From Solirubrobacterales bacterium (GTDB lineage: Bacteria > Actinomycetota > Thermoleophilia > Solirubrobacterales > 70-9), in assembly GCA_035281725.1 (NCBI GenBank), contig DATEDJ010000004.1, forward strand, positions 5,915 through 69,914: a DNA stretch of 64,000 bases, in the 5' to 3' direction. Made by a program: the position numbers and the translations under genes. Below the pieces are notes generated by a model, which was not told where the DNA came from, did not search any database, and worked only from the letters and a program-made list of their open reading frames with translations. Each line of letters opens with the position of its first letter. Position 1 is the first letter of the stretch. Shown piece after piece: positions 26,584-35,252 of the stretch.

Positions 26584-28133
26584 TGAGCTCGAAGCCGGCC
26601 CGCGCGGGGCTGGTACTGGCGACGCTGATCGGCGTCGCCGGGGTCGCCAACCTGAACCTGGCGGTGGCGAACGTCGCCCTGCCGGACATCGGCAAGCACT
26701 TCGACGCCGGCCAGACGATGGTCGACCTGATCGCGGTCGGGTACTCGCTCGGGCTGGCGGCGTCGGTGCTCTACCTCGGCGCGATCGGCGATCGCTACGG
26801 CCGCAAGACCCTGCTGGTGCTGGGGATGGCGCTGACGATCCCGGCCTCGATCCTCGCCGCGCTGGCGCCGACGGCGCAGGTGCTCTTCCTCGCCCGGGTC
26901 TTCGGCGGGGTCGCCGCCGGGATGGCCTACCCGACCACGTTGGCCTTGATCACGGCGCTCTGGTCGGGACCGGAACGGACCAAATCGATCGCGCTTTGGA
27001 GCGCCCTCGGCGGCGGCATGTCGGCGCTCGGGCCGTTGGTTGCCGGGGCGCTCCTCGAAGGCTTCGATTGGTGGTCGGTCTTCATCATCAGCGCGCCGCT
27101 GGCCGCGATCGCCCTCTTCTTCGCCTGGCGCTTCGTCCCCGCCCACGTCAACGAGACCACCGAGCCGGTCGACCACCTCGGCGGCATCCTCTCGATCGCC
27201 TTGGTCGGCACCCTGATCCTGGCGATCAACCTGGCGCCGGAACCGGGCAAGGGGATGACGGCGGTGATCCTCGGCATCATGGCGCTCGCCGCCGCCGGAT
27301 TCTTCATCCTGCGCCAGCGCCGCGCCGCCCACCCCTTGTACGACCTCCACATCGCGGCCCGGCCGACCTTCTGGGTGGCGGCGCTCGCCGGGATCATCGT
27401 CTTCGGCTCGCTGATGGGGGCGATGTTCATCGGCCAGCAGTTCGTCCAGAACGTGCTCGGCTACTCGACCTTGCAGGCGGGGCTGGCGATCCTCCCTGGC
27501 GCGATCGGCATGATCCTGGTCGCGCCGCAGTCGGCCAAGCTCGTGGAGTCGCGCGGCTCGCGCTTCACCCTGCTGGTCGGCGACTTCTTCTGCCTGCTCG
27601 CCTTCCTGGTGATGTTCTTGCTCTGGGACGAGGGCGCCTCCTACCTTCCGGTCGGCCTCGGCTTCCTCTGCATGGGGATCGGGGTCGGCTTCGCCGGCAC
27701 CCCGGCCTCGCGTTCGCTGACCGGCTCGGTCCCGGTCAAGAAGGCCGGGATGGCCTCGGGCACGGCGGACCTGCAACGCGACCTCGGCGGGGCGATCCTG
27801 CAGTCGATCTTCGGCGCCCTCTTGACCGCCGGCTACGCCAAATCGTTCAGCGAACAGATCGCCGCCTCCCCCCACGCCTCGAGCGTCAGCGAAAAGGTCC
27901 AGAACGAACTCACCAAGTCCTTCTCCAGCGCCGCCAACACCGCCCAGCAGTACCCCGAATACGCCCAGGCGATCACCGCCGCCGCCCGCAAGTCCTTCCT
28001 CGACGGCGGCGACTGGACCTACGCGGCGGGGATGATCGCGGTGGCATTGGGCATCTGCGTCGTCTTCTTCCTCTTCCCGAAGCACAAGGACGAACTGGCG
28101 CTGCTCGAGCGCTACCACACGGAAGACGCTTAG
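26583..28133 (+). CDS. MFS transporter, EmrB/QacA type
   Basis: The ATG at 26583 overlaps the previous stop (TAATG) and gives MSSKPARAGLVLATLIGVAGVANLNLAVANVALPDIG. GAIGDRYGRKT is a motif A-like sequence. 516 aa, 14 TMS-like. Confidence 0.9.
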   Translation: MSSKPARAGLVLATLIGVAGVANLNLAVANVALPDIGKHFDAGQTMVDLIAVGYSLGLAASVLYLGAIGDRYGRKTLLVLGMALTIPASILAALAPTAQVLFLARVFGGVAAGMAYPTTLALITALWSGPERTKSIALWSALGGGMSALGPLVAGALLEGFDWWSVFIISAPLAAIALFFAWRFVPAHVNETTEPVDHLGGILSIALVGTLILAINLAPEPGKGMTAVILGIMALAAAGFFILRQRRAAHPLYDLHIAARPTFWVAALAGIIVFGSLMGAMFIGQQFVQNVLGYSTLQAGLAILPGAIGMILVAPQSAKLVESRGSRFTLLVGDFFCLLAFLVMFLLWDEGASYLPVGLGFLCMGIGVGFAGTPASRSLTGSVPVKKAGMASGTADLQRDLGGAILQSIFGALLTAGYAKSFSEQIAASPHASSVSEKVQNELTKSFSSAANTAQQYPEYAQAITAAARKSFLDGGDWTYAAGMIAVALGICVVFFLFPKHKDELALLERYHTEDA

Positions 28134-28156
28134 CGCGACGACGCTAGAGCGGGACG

Positions 28157-28545
28157 GCAAGGGACCCGGCCATCTCGGCGGCGGCCCGGGCAGGCTGAGG
28201 CCGCCGCCGAGATGGCCGGGTCTGTGAGGGGAGGAGAGGGTGCGGGTCCCTTGCGGGTCTCGGGGGAGAGACTTCGAGGGAGACGCCGGGAACGTCACGT
28301 TTATTCAGGAGAGGCGTCACGTCTGTCACAGGTCCGTTCAGTGCGTTCGCAGTAATCGTCGCTATGCGGGGATTACTGCGAACGCACCCGGGTCGGCGTC
28401 GTGGAGGTGTGACGGCTCCCCGTCGAACGTGACATCTCCGTGACGGACCCCCCGTCCCTGTGACGGAACCTCCCGAAAACTCCCCGTCCCGGGCGTCTCG
28501 GAGGCGGCCACAGCCTGCCCGGCCGCCTCCGAGACGCCCGGGCCC
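28157..28545. repeat. Nested palindromic intergenic element: hairpins E1 (28165-28220) and E2 (28488-28542, inverted) flanking hairpin B1 (28341-28387) and GTCAC/GTGAC repeats
   Basis: 22-bp perfect stems in E1 and E2. Their loops match (cgggcaggctga versus the reverse complement gggcaggctgt) while stems differ with compensation. An 11-bp outer stem pairs 28157-28167 with 28244-28254. B1 has a 17-bp perfect stem. Confidence 0.85.
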
Positions 28546-28610
28546 GCCGTCCCCAATCAACCGGGCCCGATCCGCCTGGCGCGGGTCCAAGGGCGACCGC
28601 GGGTAGGGTC

Positions 28611-30146
28611 GTGATCGTGGAGGGGAAATCGTCCGACGGCATCGCATTCTCGAGCGGAGCCGGACGCTGGCTGATTGCGGTCACGGTGGCCGGGTCGGGG
28701 ATGGCATTCCTCGACAGCACCGTCGTCAACGTGGCGCTGCCGAAGATCGGCGAGGATCTGAACGCCTCGACCAGCGCCCTGCAGTGGATCCTCAACGGCT
28801 ACCTGCTGACCCTGGCCTCGCTGATCCTGCTCGGCGGCAGCCTCGGCGACCGGCTCGGGCGACGGCGCGTCTTCCGAGCCGGGGTCGCGCTCTTCACCCT
28901 CGCCTCGCTCCTTTGCGCGATCGCCCCGACGGTCGAGCTGCTCGTCTTCGCCCGCCTGATCCAGGGGATCGGCGGCGCCCTGCTCACCCCAGGCAGCCTG
29001 GCGATCATCGAGGCCAGCTTCCGCCCCACCGACCGGGCGCGGGCGATCGGCGCCTGGTCGGGCCTCGGCGGCGTCGCCACCGCCTTCGGGCCGCTGCTCG
29101 GCGGCTGGCTGATCGCGGCGATCTCCTGGCGGGCGATCTTCCTGATCAACCTGCCGATCGGGATCTTCGTCGCCTGGGCCGCGAGCGGCCATGTGCCGGA
29201 GTCGCGCGACCCCACCGCCACCGGCAAGCTCGACCTCTCCGGCGCGACGCTCGCCGCGATCGGGCTCGGCGGCACCACCTACGCGCTGATCGAGGCACCC
29301 GAAGGAGGGAAAACCGCCGCCGTCGTCGTGACCGCGCTGATCGGGATCGCCTCGCTGATCGGCTTCTTCGTCCGCGAGCGCCGCGCCGCCGACCCGATGC
29401 TGCCGCTTTCGATCTTCTCCTCGCGCCAGTTCAGCGCCGCCAACGCGGTCACTTTCGTCGTCTACGCGGCGCTCGGCGTCTTCTTCTTCCTCTTCGTCAG
29501 CTTCCTCCAGATCTCGATGGGCTACACGCCGATCGAGGCCGGCTCGGCCTCGCTGCCAGTCACCTTCCTGATGCTCGTCGGCTCGGCCCGGGCGGGTGAT
29601 CTGGCGCAGCGGATCGGCCCGCGGATCCCGCTCACGCTGGGCCCGCTGATCATCGCCGCGGGCCTCCTCCTGCTGGCCCAGATCAATCCCGGCGACTCCT
29701 ACATCGCCTCGGTGCTGCCGGGCATCCTGGTCTTCGGCATCGGGTTGACGCTGGTCGTCGCGCCGGTCACCGCGACGGTGCTGGCGGCCGTCGACTCGAG
29801 CCATTCAGGGGTCGCCTCCGGAGTCAACAACGCGGTGGCGAGGGTGGCGGGCCTGATCGCGGTCGCGGTGGTCCCGATCATCTCCGGCATCACCGGGGAC
29901 AAGTTCTACGAACCGTCACACATGACGAGCGGCTTCCACAAGGGCATGATGATGAGCGCGATTCTGGCCGTGATCGGCGCGGTGATCGCCTGGACGACGA
30001 TCTCCTCCGACGTCCTCCACGAGGAGGGCGCCGTGCCGGAGGAGTGCGACTACAGCTGCGGCGTCGGCGCCCCGATCCTGCAGCCCGGCCGCGAACCCCC
30101 AACCGCCCCCGAAGCCCCCACCGGCCCCGAGCGCGTTCGCACTTAG
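28611..30146 (+). CDS. MFS transporter, EmrB/QacA type
   Basis: 511 aa. LIAVTVAGSGMAFLDSTVVNVALPKIGEDL, GGSLGDRLGRRRV (motif A), 14 TMS-like. The last 5 codons and the stop lie inside repeat B2. Confidence 0.9.
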   Translation: MIVEGKSSDGIAFSSGAGRWLIAVTVAGSGMAFLDSTVVNVALPKIGEDLNASTSALQWILNGYLLTLASLILLGGSLGDRLGRRRVFRAGVALFTLASLLCAIAPTVELLVFARLIQGIGGALLTPGSLAIIEASFRPTDRARAIGAWSGLGGVATAFGPLLGGWLIAAISWRAIFLINLPIGIFVAWAASGHVPESRDPTATGKLDLSGATLAAIGLGGTTYALIEAPEGGKTAAVVVTALIGIASLIGFFVRERRAADPMLPLSIFSSRQFSAANAVTFVVYAALGVFFFLFVSFLQISMGYTPIEAGSASLPVTFLMLVGSARAGDLAQRIGPRIPLTLGPLIIAAGLLLLAQINPGDSYIASVLPGILVFGIGLTLVVAPVTATVLAAVDSSHSGVASGVNNAVARVAGLIAVAVVPIISGITGDKFYEPSHMTSGFHKGMMMSAILAVIGAVIAWTTISSDVLHEEGAVPEECDYSCGVGAPILQPGREPPTAPEAPTGPERVRT

Positions 30147-30227
30147 CCGCGCTATGCGGTCATTTCTGCGAACTCACCCGTTGGCGTTCGCACTTATCAC
30201 CGGTATGCGGGGATAAGTGCGAACGCC
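30133..30227. repeat. Tandem hairpins B2 (degenerate, about 30133-30175) and B3 (30183-30227)
   Basis: B3: ggcgttcgcacttatc (30183-30198) pairs with gataagtgcgaacgcc (30212-30227), a 16-bp perfect stem with the 13-nt loop accggtatgcggg. B2 keeps GTTCGCA/TGCGAAC and the loop gccgcgctatgcggtc. Located between the convergent MFS and SDR genes. Confidence 0.85.
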
Positions 30228-30242
30228 GTCTTCGGGGCGGGG

Positions 30243-31043
30243 TTAGACGGTGAGGCCGCCGTCGACGGGGACGGTGGCGCCGGTGATCGCGGCGCCGCCG
30301 GGGCCGAGGAGGAAGGCGACGGCGGCGGCGACCTCCTCGGGTTTGAGCAGGCGCTCGAGTGGCTGACGGGGGGCGAAGTCGCGCGGCGAGGGCAGCTCGA
30401 AGAGACGGGCCGACTCGGCGAGGAGCGGCGTGTCGGTCGAGCCGGGGGCGATGGCGTTGGCGGTGACGCCGCTGCCGTGGAGGTCGGCGGCGAGGCCGCG
30501 GATGAATCCCTCCACCCCGGCCTTGGCGGCGCTGTAGGCGGCGAGCCCTGACATGCCCCGCGCCGCGCCGGAGGAGGTGACGGCGACGAAGCGACCGGAG
30601 CGCGGCCGCGGTCGTCCCAGCAGCGCGGGGACGACCCGACGAGCGGCGAGCATCACCGCCTCGAGGTTCACCTCGAGCAGGGCCCGCTGCTGCTCGGCGG
30701 GCAGTTCCCAGGCCGGCAGGCCCCCGGCGATCACGCCCGCGTTGGCGACGAACGCGTCGAGGTCGCCCCACGCTTCGGCGCCCTCGACCACCGCGGCGAG
30801 CGCCTCCTCGTCGGCGGCGTCGGCGACCACGGCGCGCGCCACGTCTTCACGCCCGGCCCGCTCCTCGGCGACGGCGACAGCGGCGTCGAGGTCCCGCTCG
30901 CTCGCCATCGCGTAGGGCAGCCGCCGGTCCGCCGCGCAGCGGTCGACGGCGACGACGCTCCACCCGTCCCCGGCCAGCGCGCCCACAATGGCGGCGCCGA
31001 TCCCCCGCCCAGCCCCGGTGACGATCGCCACTCGACGCGTCAC
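30243..31043 (-). CDS. SDR-family oxidoreductase (mycofactocin-coupled SDR-like)
   Basis: 266 aa. TGAGRGIGAA, NAGV, YSAAKAG. The insertion VAVDRCAADRRLPYAMASERDLDAAV resembles the D-x-C...PYxMA..DL signature of mycofactocin-dependent SDRs. Confidence 0.8.
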   Translation of the reverse strand: MTRRVAIVTGAGRGIGAAIVGALAGDGWSVVAVDRCAADRRLPYAMASERDLDAAVAVAEERAGREDVARAVVADAADEEALAAVVEGAEAWGDLDAFVANAGVIAGGLPAWELPAEQQRALLEVNLEAVMLAARRVVPALLGRPRPRSGRFVAVTSSGAARGMSGLAAYSAAKAGVEGFIRGLAADLHGSGVTANAIAPGSTDTPLLAESARLFELPSPRDFAPRQPLERLLKPEEVAAAVAFLLGPGGAAITGATVPVDGGLTV

Positions 31044-31167
31044 GCCGCGCCGTTCAGGCCGCTGCCGCTCGCGACGCGGGGCGTCATCGAGCGGTCGCTC
31101 CCGCCGAGCTGGCGTCTCCCGTCCCGCGCTCGGCGCCGCTGAACACCGCGGCGCCCGGGGTCATCGC

Positions 31168-32223
31168 TCAGCCGTTCTCGCGGGCCGGGTGCGGGAGGTC
31201 GGGCGCGGTGACGCTGAAGCGCGGTGCCGGGGCCGGCTGGGGCATCCCGCCGACCTCGACGAAGATGCCGCGGTCGCGGATGTGGCCGTCCTCGCGCGCC
31301 TCGCGCATCGAGAGCACCGGGGCGACGCAGCAGTCCGAGTCGGCGAAGAGCTCATGCCACTCGTCCCGTCCCCGCTCGGCGAACTTGGCGGTGAGGCGCT
31401 CGCGGATCGCGGGCCAGGTCGCCGGGTCGAGGTGGGCCTGGATCGCCTCGTCCTCGGCCAGCCCCAGCTTCTCCAGCAGCGCCCGGTAGAACTGCGGCTC
31501 GAGCGCCCCGACCGCCACCCACTCGCCATCGGCGCAGCGGTAGGTGTCGTAGAAGGGGGCGCCGCCGTCGAGCAGGTTGACCCCGCGCTCGTCTTTCCAC
31601 GCGCCCATCTCCAGCAGTCCGTGCAGCAGGCCGGTGGTCGAGGCGGCCCCGTCGACGATCGCCGCGTCCACTACCTGGCCGACCCCGCCCGCGCGCGCGT
31701 GCAGCAGCGCGCTGAGCACGCCGATGACGAGGTAGGTGCCACCCGCGCCGAAGTCGCCAAGCAAATTGACCGGGGGCACCGGCTTGCCGCCCTCCTCGCC
31801 GATCATGTGGAGGGCGCCGGAGATCGCCAGGTAGGTGATGTCATGGCCGGCAGTGTGGGCGTAGCGGCCCTCCTGTCCCCAGCCGGTCATCCGCCCGTAG
31901 ACGAGGGCAGGGTTGCGGGCGAGGCACTCCTCCGGCCCGAGCCCGAGCCGCTCCATCACCCCCGGCCGGAAGCCCTCGATCAGGATCTCCGAGTCGACCA
32001 CCAGGCCGAGCACCTCCTCCAGGCCGCCAGCCGACTTCAGGTCGACCTCGCGGTGGATGCGACCGCGGTCGAGCACCGGCGAGGTGCCCCAGCCGAAGAC
32101 GTTGCCCGCGGGCCGTTCGATCCGCGTCACCTCGGCGCCGAGGTCGGCGAGCTGCATCCCGGCGAAGGAGATCGGGCCGATCCCGGCCATCTCCACCACC
32201 TTCACTCCTTGCAGAGGTCCCAT
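31168..32223 (-). CDS. Family III CoA-transferase (CaiB/BaiF; alpha-methylacyl-CoA racemase-like)
   Basis: 351 aa. MGPLQGVKVVEMAGIGPISFAGMQLADLGAEVTRIERP N-terminus, and GHDITYLA. Confidence 0.88.
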   Translation of the reverse strand: MGPLQGVKVVEMAGIGPISFAGMQLADLGAEVTRIERPAGNVFGWGTSPVLDRGRIHREVDLKSAGGLEEVLGLVVDSEILIEGFRPGVMERLGLGPEECLARNPALVYGRMTGWGQEGRYAHTAGHDITYLAISGALHMIGEEGGKPVPPVNLLGDFGAGGTYLVIGVLSALLHARAGGVGQVVDAAIVDGAASTTGLLHGLLEMGAWKDERGVNLLDGGAPFYDTYRCADGEWVAVGALEPQFYRALLEKLGLAEDEAIQAHLDPATWPAIRERLTAKFAERGRDEWHELFADSDCCVAPVLSMREAREDGHIRDRGIFVEVGGMPQPAPAPRFSVTAPDLPHPARENG

Positions 32224-32265
32224 CGCCGGGAGCCTAGGAGAAAGCGGCCCGCCCGGCGCGGCCGG

Positions 32266-32682
32266 TCAGACCGGCAGGTCGTCGGGGAGCGGGATGTCGC
32301 GCGGTTCGCGTCCCGGACCCTCCTCGTCCCAGTCGGTCCAGGCGAGGCCGTCGCGGCCTTCGTGCTCGCCCGACCCGCCGAGCGCCAGCACCACGACCGG
32401 CTCCTTGGTCGGGTTGGTGAGCTGGCGACGCACCTCGGGGCCGACGCGGGCCAGCTGGTCGGGGCCGAGCTCGTGCGGCTCGCCCTCGATTAGCAGCGTC
32501 AGCGTCCCCTCGAGGACGAGGTAGACCTCCTCCTGGCGCTCGTGCCGGTGGACGCGGAGGCGCTGGCCGGGGCGCAGCGACATCAGGTTGATGCCGAAGC
32601 TCTCGACCCCGAGCTCGCGGCGCAGGCTCTGGAACATCTCCGCGCCGCGCTGCAACTGCGCGAAAGCGACTCCGTCGGTCAT
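32266..32682 (-). CDS. Cupin domain protein
   Basis: The internal ATG at 32682 (ATGA overlap with the ACAD stop) gives MTDGVAFAQLQRG...RVHRHERQEEVYLVLEGTLTLLIEGE, a cupin_2 motif. 138 aa. The rest of the listed 439-aa ORF is a shadow frame. Confidence 0.8.
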   Translation of the reverse strand: MTDGVAFAQLQRGAEMFQSLRRELGVESFGINLMSLRPGQRLRVHRHERQEEVYLVLEGTLTLLIEGEPHELGPDQLARVGPEVRRQLTNPTKEPVVVLALGGSGEHEGRDGLAWTDWDEEGPGREPRDIPLPDDLPV

Positions 32683-33845
32683 CAGCCCATCATCGAGCGG
32701 GCGATCACGACCCGTTGGATCTCCTGGGTGCCCTCGTAGATCTGGGTGATCTTCGCGTCGCGCATCATCCGCTCGACCGGGTACTCGTTGACGTAGCCGT
32801 AGCCGCCGAGCACCTGGACCGCCTCGACGGTCACCTTCATCGCATTGTCGCCGGCGATCAGCTTCGCCATCGAGGTGTACTTGCCGAGCTCGGCCGGGCG
32901 GGGCGTCTTGTCGGCGAGCGCGCAGGCTTTGTAGAGGAGCTCGCGGGCGGCGGCGGTGCCGGCCTCCATGTCGGCGAGCTTGAACTGGATCCCCTGCATG
33001 TTGTTGATCGGCTTGCCGAAGGCGATCCGCTCCTTCGCGTAGGCGTTGGCGAAGTCGGTCGCCCCCTGGGCGATGCCGACCGCCTGCGCGGCGGCGCCGA
33101 GGCGGGTGCGCTCGAGCGTGCCGAGGGCGACCGAGAGGCCCTTGCCCTCCTCGCCGATCAGGTTCTCGTGCGGGACGCGGACGTCGGTGAAGGAGGGTGA
33201 GCCGGTCGGCGAGCCCTTGATCCCGAGCTTGTGCTCGAGCTGGCCGGGGTCGAAGCCCTCGCGGTCTTTCTCCACCACGAAGGCGCTGGTGCGGCGGTTC
33301 TCGCGGTCGGTGGAGGCGAAGACGACGTAGAAGTCGGCGATCCCGGCGTTGGTGATCCAGCACTTCTGGCCGTTGATCACCCATTCGTCGCCGTCTTTGA
33401 CCGCGGTGGTGCGCATCGAGGCCGGGTCGGAGCCCGCCTCGGGCTCGGAGAGGGCGAAGGCCGGGGACCACTCGCCGGTCGCGCATTTGGGCAGGAAGCG
33501 GGCTTTCTGCTCGTCGGAGCCGAAGAGCTGGATCGGCAGCGTGCCGAGCTCCTGGATCATCAGGATCAGGGCGCTCGAGGCGCACGCCTTGGCGATCTCC
33601 TCGACCCCGATCTGCAGCATCAGCGTGCCGGTCCCGGTGCCCCCGTACTCCTCGTCGAAGGGGAGTCCGAGGATGTCCTGCTCGCCGAGGATCTTGCGGA
33701 TGTCATGGGGGTACTTGGCGTCGCGGTCGATGTCGCCGGCGCGGGGGGCGATCTTCTCGGTCGCGATCTGGCGGATCGTTTCGCGGAAGTCGACCATCTC
33801 CTGCGGGATCTCATAGAGACCCGTTCCGACCTCGACCTGGCTCAT
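32682..33845 (-). CDS. Acyl-CoA dehydrogenase
   Basis: 387 aa. FALSEPEAGSD, KCWITNAG, QVLGGYGYVNEYPVERMMRDAKITQIYEGTQEIQ. Confidence 0.93.
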   Translation of the reverse strand: MSQVEVGTGLYEIPQEMVDFRETIRQIATEKIAPRAGDIDRDAKYPHDIRKILGEQDILGLPFDEEYGGTGTGTLMLQIGVEEIAKACASSALILMIQELGTLPIQLFGSDEQKARFLPKCATGEWSPAFALSEPEAGSDPASMRTTAVKDGDEWVINGQKCWITNAGIADFYVVFASTDRENRRTSAFVVEKDREGFDPGQLEHKLGIKGSPTGSPSFTDVRVPHENLIGEEGKGLSVALGTLERTRLGAAAQAVGIAQGATDFANAYAKERIAFGKPINNMQGIQFKLADMEAGTAAARELLYKACALADKTPRPAELGKYTSMAKLIAGDNAMKVTVEAVQVLGGYGYVNEYPVERMMRDAKITQIYEGTQEIQRVVIARSMMG

Positions 33846-33924
33846 TTCACGCCCCCTCCTCGTTGATCATCGGTGCTCAGATAGTAGGAGCACCGAGGAT
33901 CTGGCGGCGAGCGGTTGCTGCCGG

Positions 33925-34085
33925 GGGTGGTGCGGGGAGAAGCTGGCGGCTCGGGGCCTTGTCGGGCAGGGAAGCTGTCGCCTCGTGGCTGATGGGCGAC
34001 CCCGGCGGGCTATGGCCGCCCATCAGCCGCCGGGCGAGGGAAGTTTTCGAAGAGGACCGGGTTTCGGGACGAAGGCGTAAGGGTC
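33925..34085. repeat. Family C repeat, right half only, inverted orientation (copy 3)
   Basis: The reverse complement aligns with 20470-20615 and 47600-47740. Includes the 17-bp hairpin 33985-34030 (GCTGATGGGCG...CGCCCATCAGC). Confidence 0.8.
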
Positions 34086-34125
34086 CCGCCCGGGTTGCGT
34101 GACGAACCCGACGCACACGCCCCGG

Positions 34126-34259
34126 GCGGTCGTCCTTCCCCACCCCTCCCGAGCCGCGGTCGTCCTTACCCACCCCTCCCGAGCCGCGGTCGTCCGTACC
34201 CACCCATAGCGCCGGTTAGGACGACCGCGCCTGGCGGGCCGCCGGTTAGGACGACCGCG
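34126..34259. repeat. 30-bp tandem repeat (2.8 units, 34126-34213) followed by two copies of its complement core GGTTAGGACGACCGC (34214-34228, 34245-34259); family D
   Basis: Units gcggtcgtccttccccacccctcccgagcc / gcggtcgtccttacccacccctcccgagcc / gcggtcgtccgtacccacccatagcgcc. The last unit pairs with 34214-34228 to form a 15-bp hairpin with a 13-nt loop. Confidence 0.85.
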
Positions 34260-34292
34260 TGGCTCCGGGTCCCTTGCTTCGCCTCCCGAGGA

Positions 34293-34346
34293 GCCGTGGA
34301 TGCCGGGCCGACCTCAGCCAGCCCGGGTCGGACCGGCATCCACGGC
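34293..34346. repeat. Hairpin family F, copy 1 (21-bp stem), downstream of menB
   Basis: gccgtggatgccgggccgacc (34293-34313) pairs with ggtcggaccggcatccacggc (34326-34346). The homolog in opposite orientation is at 47357-47410. May act as the menB terminator. Confidence 0.8.
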
Positions 34347-34389
34347 CTCCAAGGCGGCCCGGACCCCTCGGCGCCGTGGAATCGATCCT

Positions 34390-35241
34390 CTAGGCGCGGC
34401 GGGGGAACTTCGAGAAGTCGGGGCGGCGCTTCTCCTTGTAGGCCTCGCGGCCCTCTTTCGCCTCGTCGGCGCCGTAGAAGAGGAGGTTGGTGTCGTGGGC
34501 GAGCTGCTGGATGCCGGCGTAACCGTCCTCGTGCGCGTTGAAGCTCGCCTTGACCAGGCGCAGGGCGAAGGGTGAGAGCTCCAGCATCTCGCGGCACCAC
34601 TCCACCGTCTCGACCTCGAGGTCGGCCAGCGGCACGACGGTGTTGACGAGGCCCATGCCGAGGGCTTCGGCGGCGTCGTACTGGCGGCAGAGCATCCAGA
34701 TCTCCTTCGCCTTCTTCGGCCCGACCAGGTCGCGCAGCAGCGAGGCTCCGAAGCCGCCGTCCCAGGAGCCGACCCGCGGGCCGGTCTGGCCGAAGCGGGC
34801 GTTGTCGGCGGCGATCGTCAGGTCGCAGCAGACGTGCAGCACGTGGCCACCGCCGACCGCGTAGCCGGCGACCATCGCGATGATCGGCTTCGGCAGCCGG
34901 CGCATCTGCACCTGCAGGTCGGTGATGTGGAAACGGCCGACCGCGCCCGGCTCAGACATATAGCCGGTGTCGCCGCGGACGTTCTGGTCGCCGCCCGAGC
35001 AGAAGGCGAGGTCGCCCTCACCGGTGAAGACGATCACGCCGATCTCCTGGTCCTCGCGGGCGAGCTCGAAGGCGCGGGAGAGCTCGACCACCGTCTGCGG
35101 GCGGAAGGCGTTGCGGACCTCGGGCCGGGCGATCGTGATCTTCGCGATCCCCTCGTTGGTCTCGTAGCGGATGTCCTCGAAATCGCCCGGGCCGGCGACC
35201 CACTCGGCTCCGGGACGTTGCACGGAATCGGTCTGCGTCAT
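34390..35241 (-). CDS. menB: 1,4-dihydroxy-2-naphthoyl-CoA synthase
   Basis: 283 aa. Crotonase fold with the MenB-specific [25 protein letters not shown], and [26 protein letters not shown]-terminus. Confidence 0.9.
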   Translation of the reverse strand: MTQTDSVQRPGAEWVAGPGDFEDIRYETNEGIAKITIARPEVRNAFRPQTVVELSRAFELAREDQEIGVIVFTGEGDLAFCSGGDQNVRGDTGYMSEPGAVGRFHITDLQVQMRRLPKPIIAMVAGYAVGGGHVLHVCCDLTIAADNARFGQTGPRVGSWDGGFGASLLRDLVGPKKAKEIWMLCRQYDAAEALGMGLVNTVVPLADLEVETVEWCREMLELSPFALRLVKASFNAHEDGYAGIQQLAHDTNLLFYGADEAKEGREAYKEKRRPDFSKFPRRA

Positions 35242-35252
35242 CGATCGGGACC

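Noticed and set aside
34126-34259. Possible CRISPR array.
   Set aside because: The units are directly abutting 30-bp repeats with no unique spacers, there are fewer than 3 units, and no cas genes are present. It is a tandem expansion of the family D hairpin arm.
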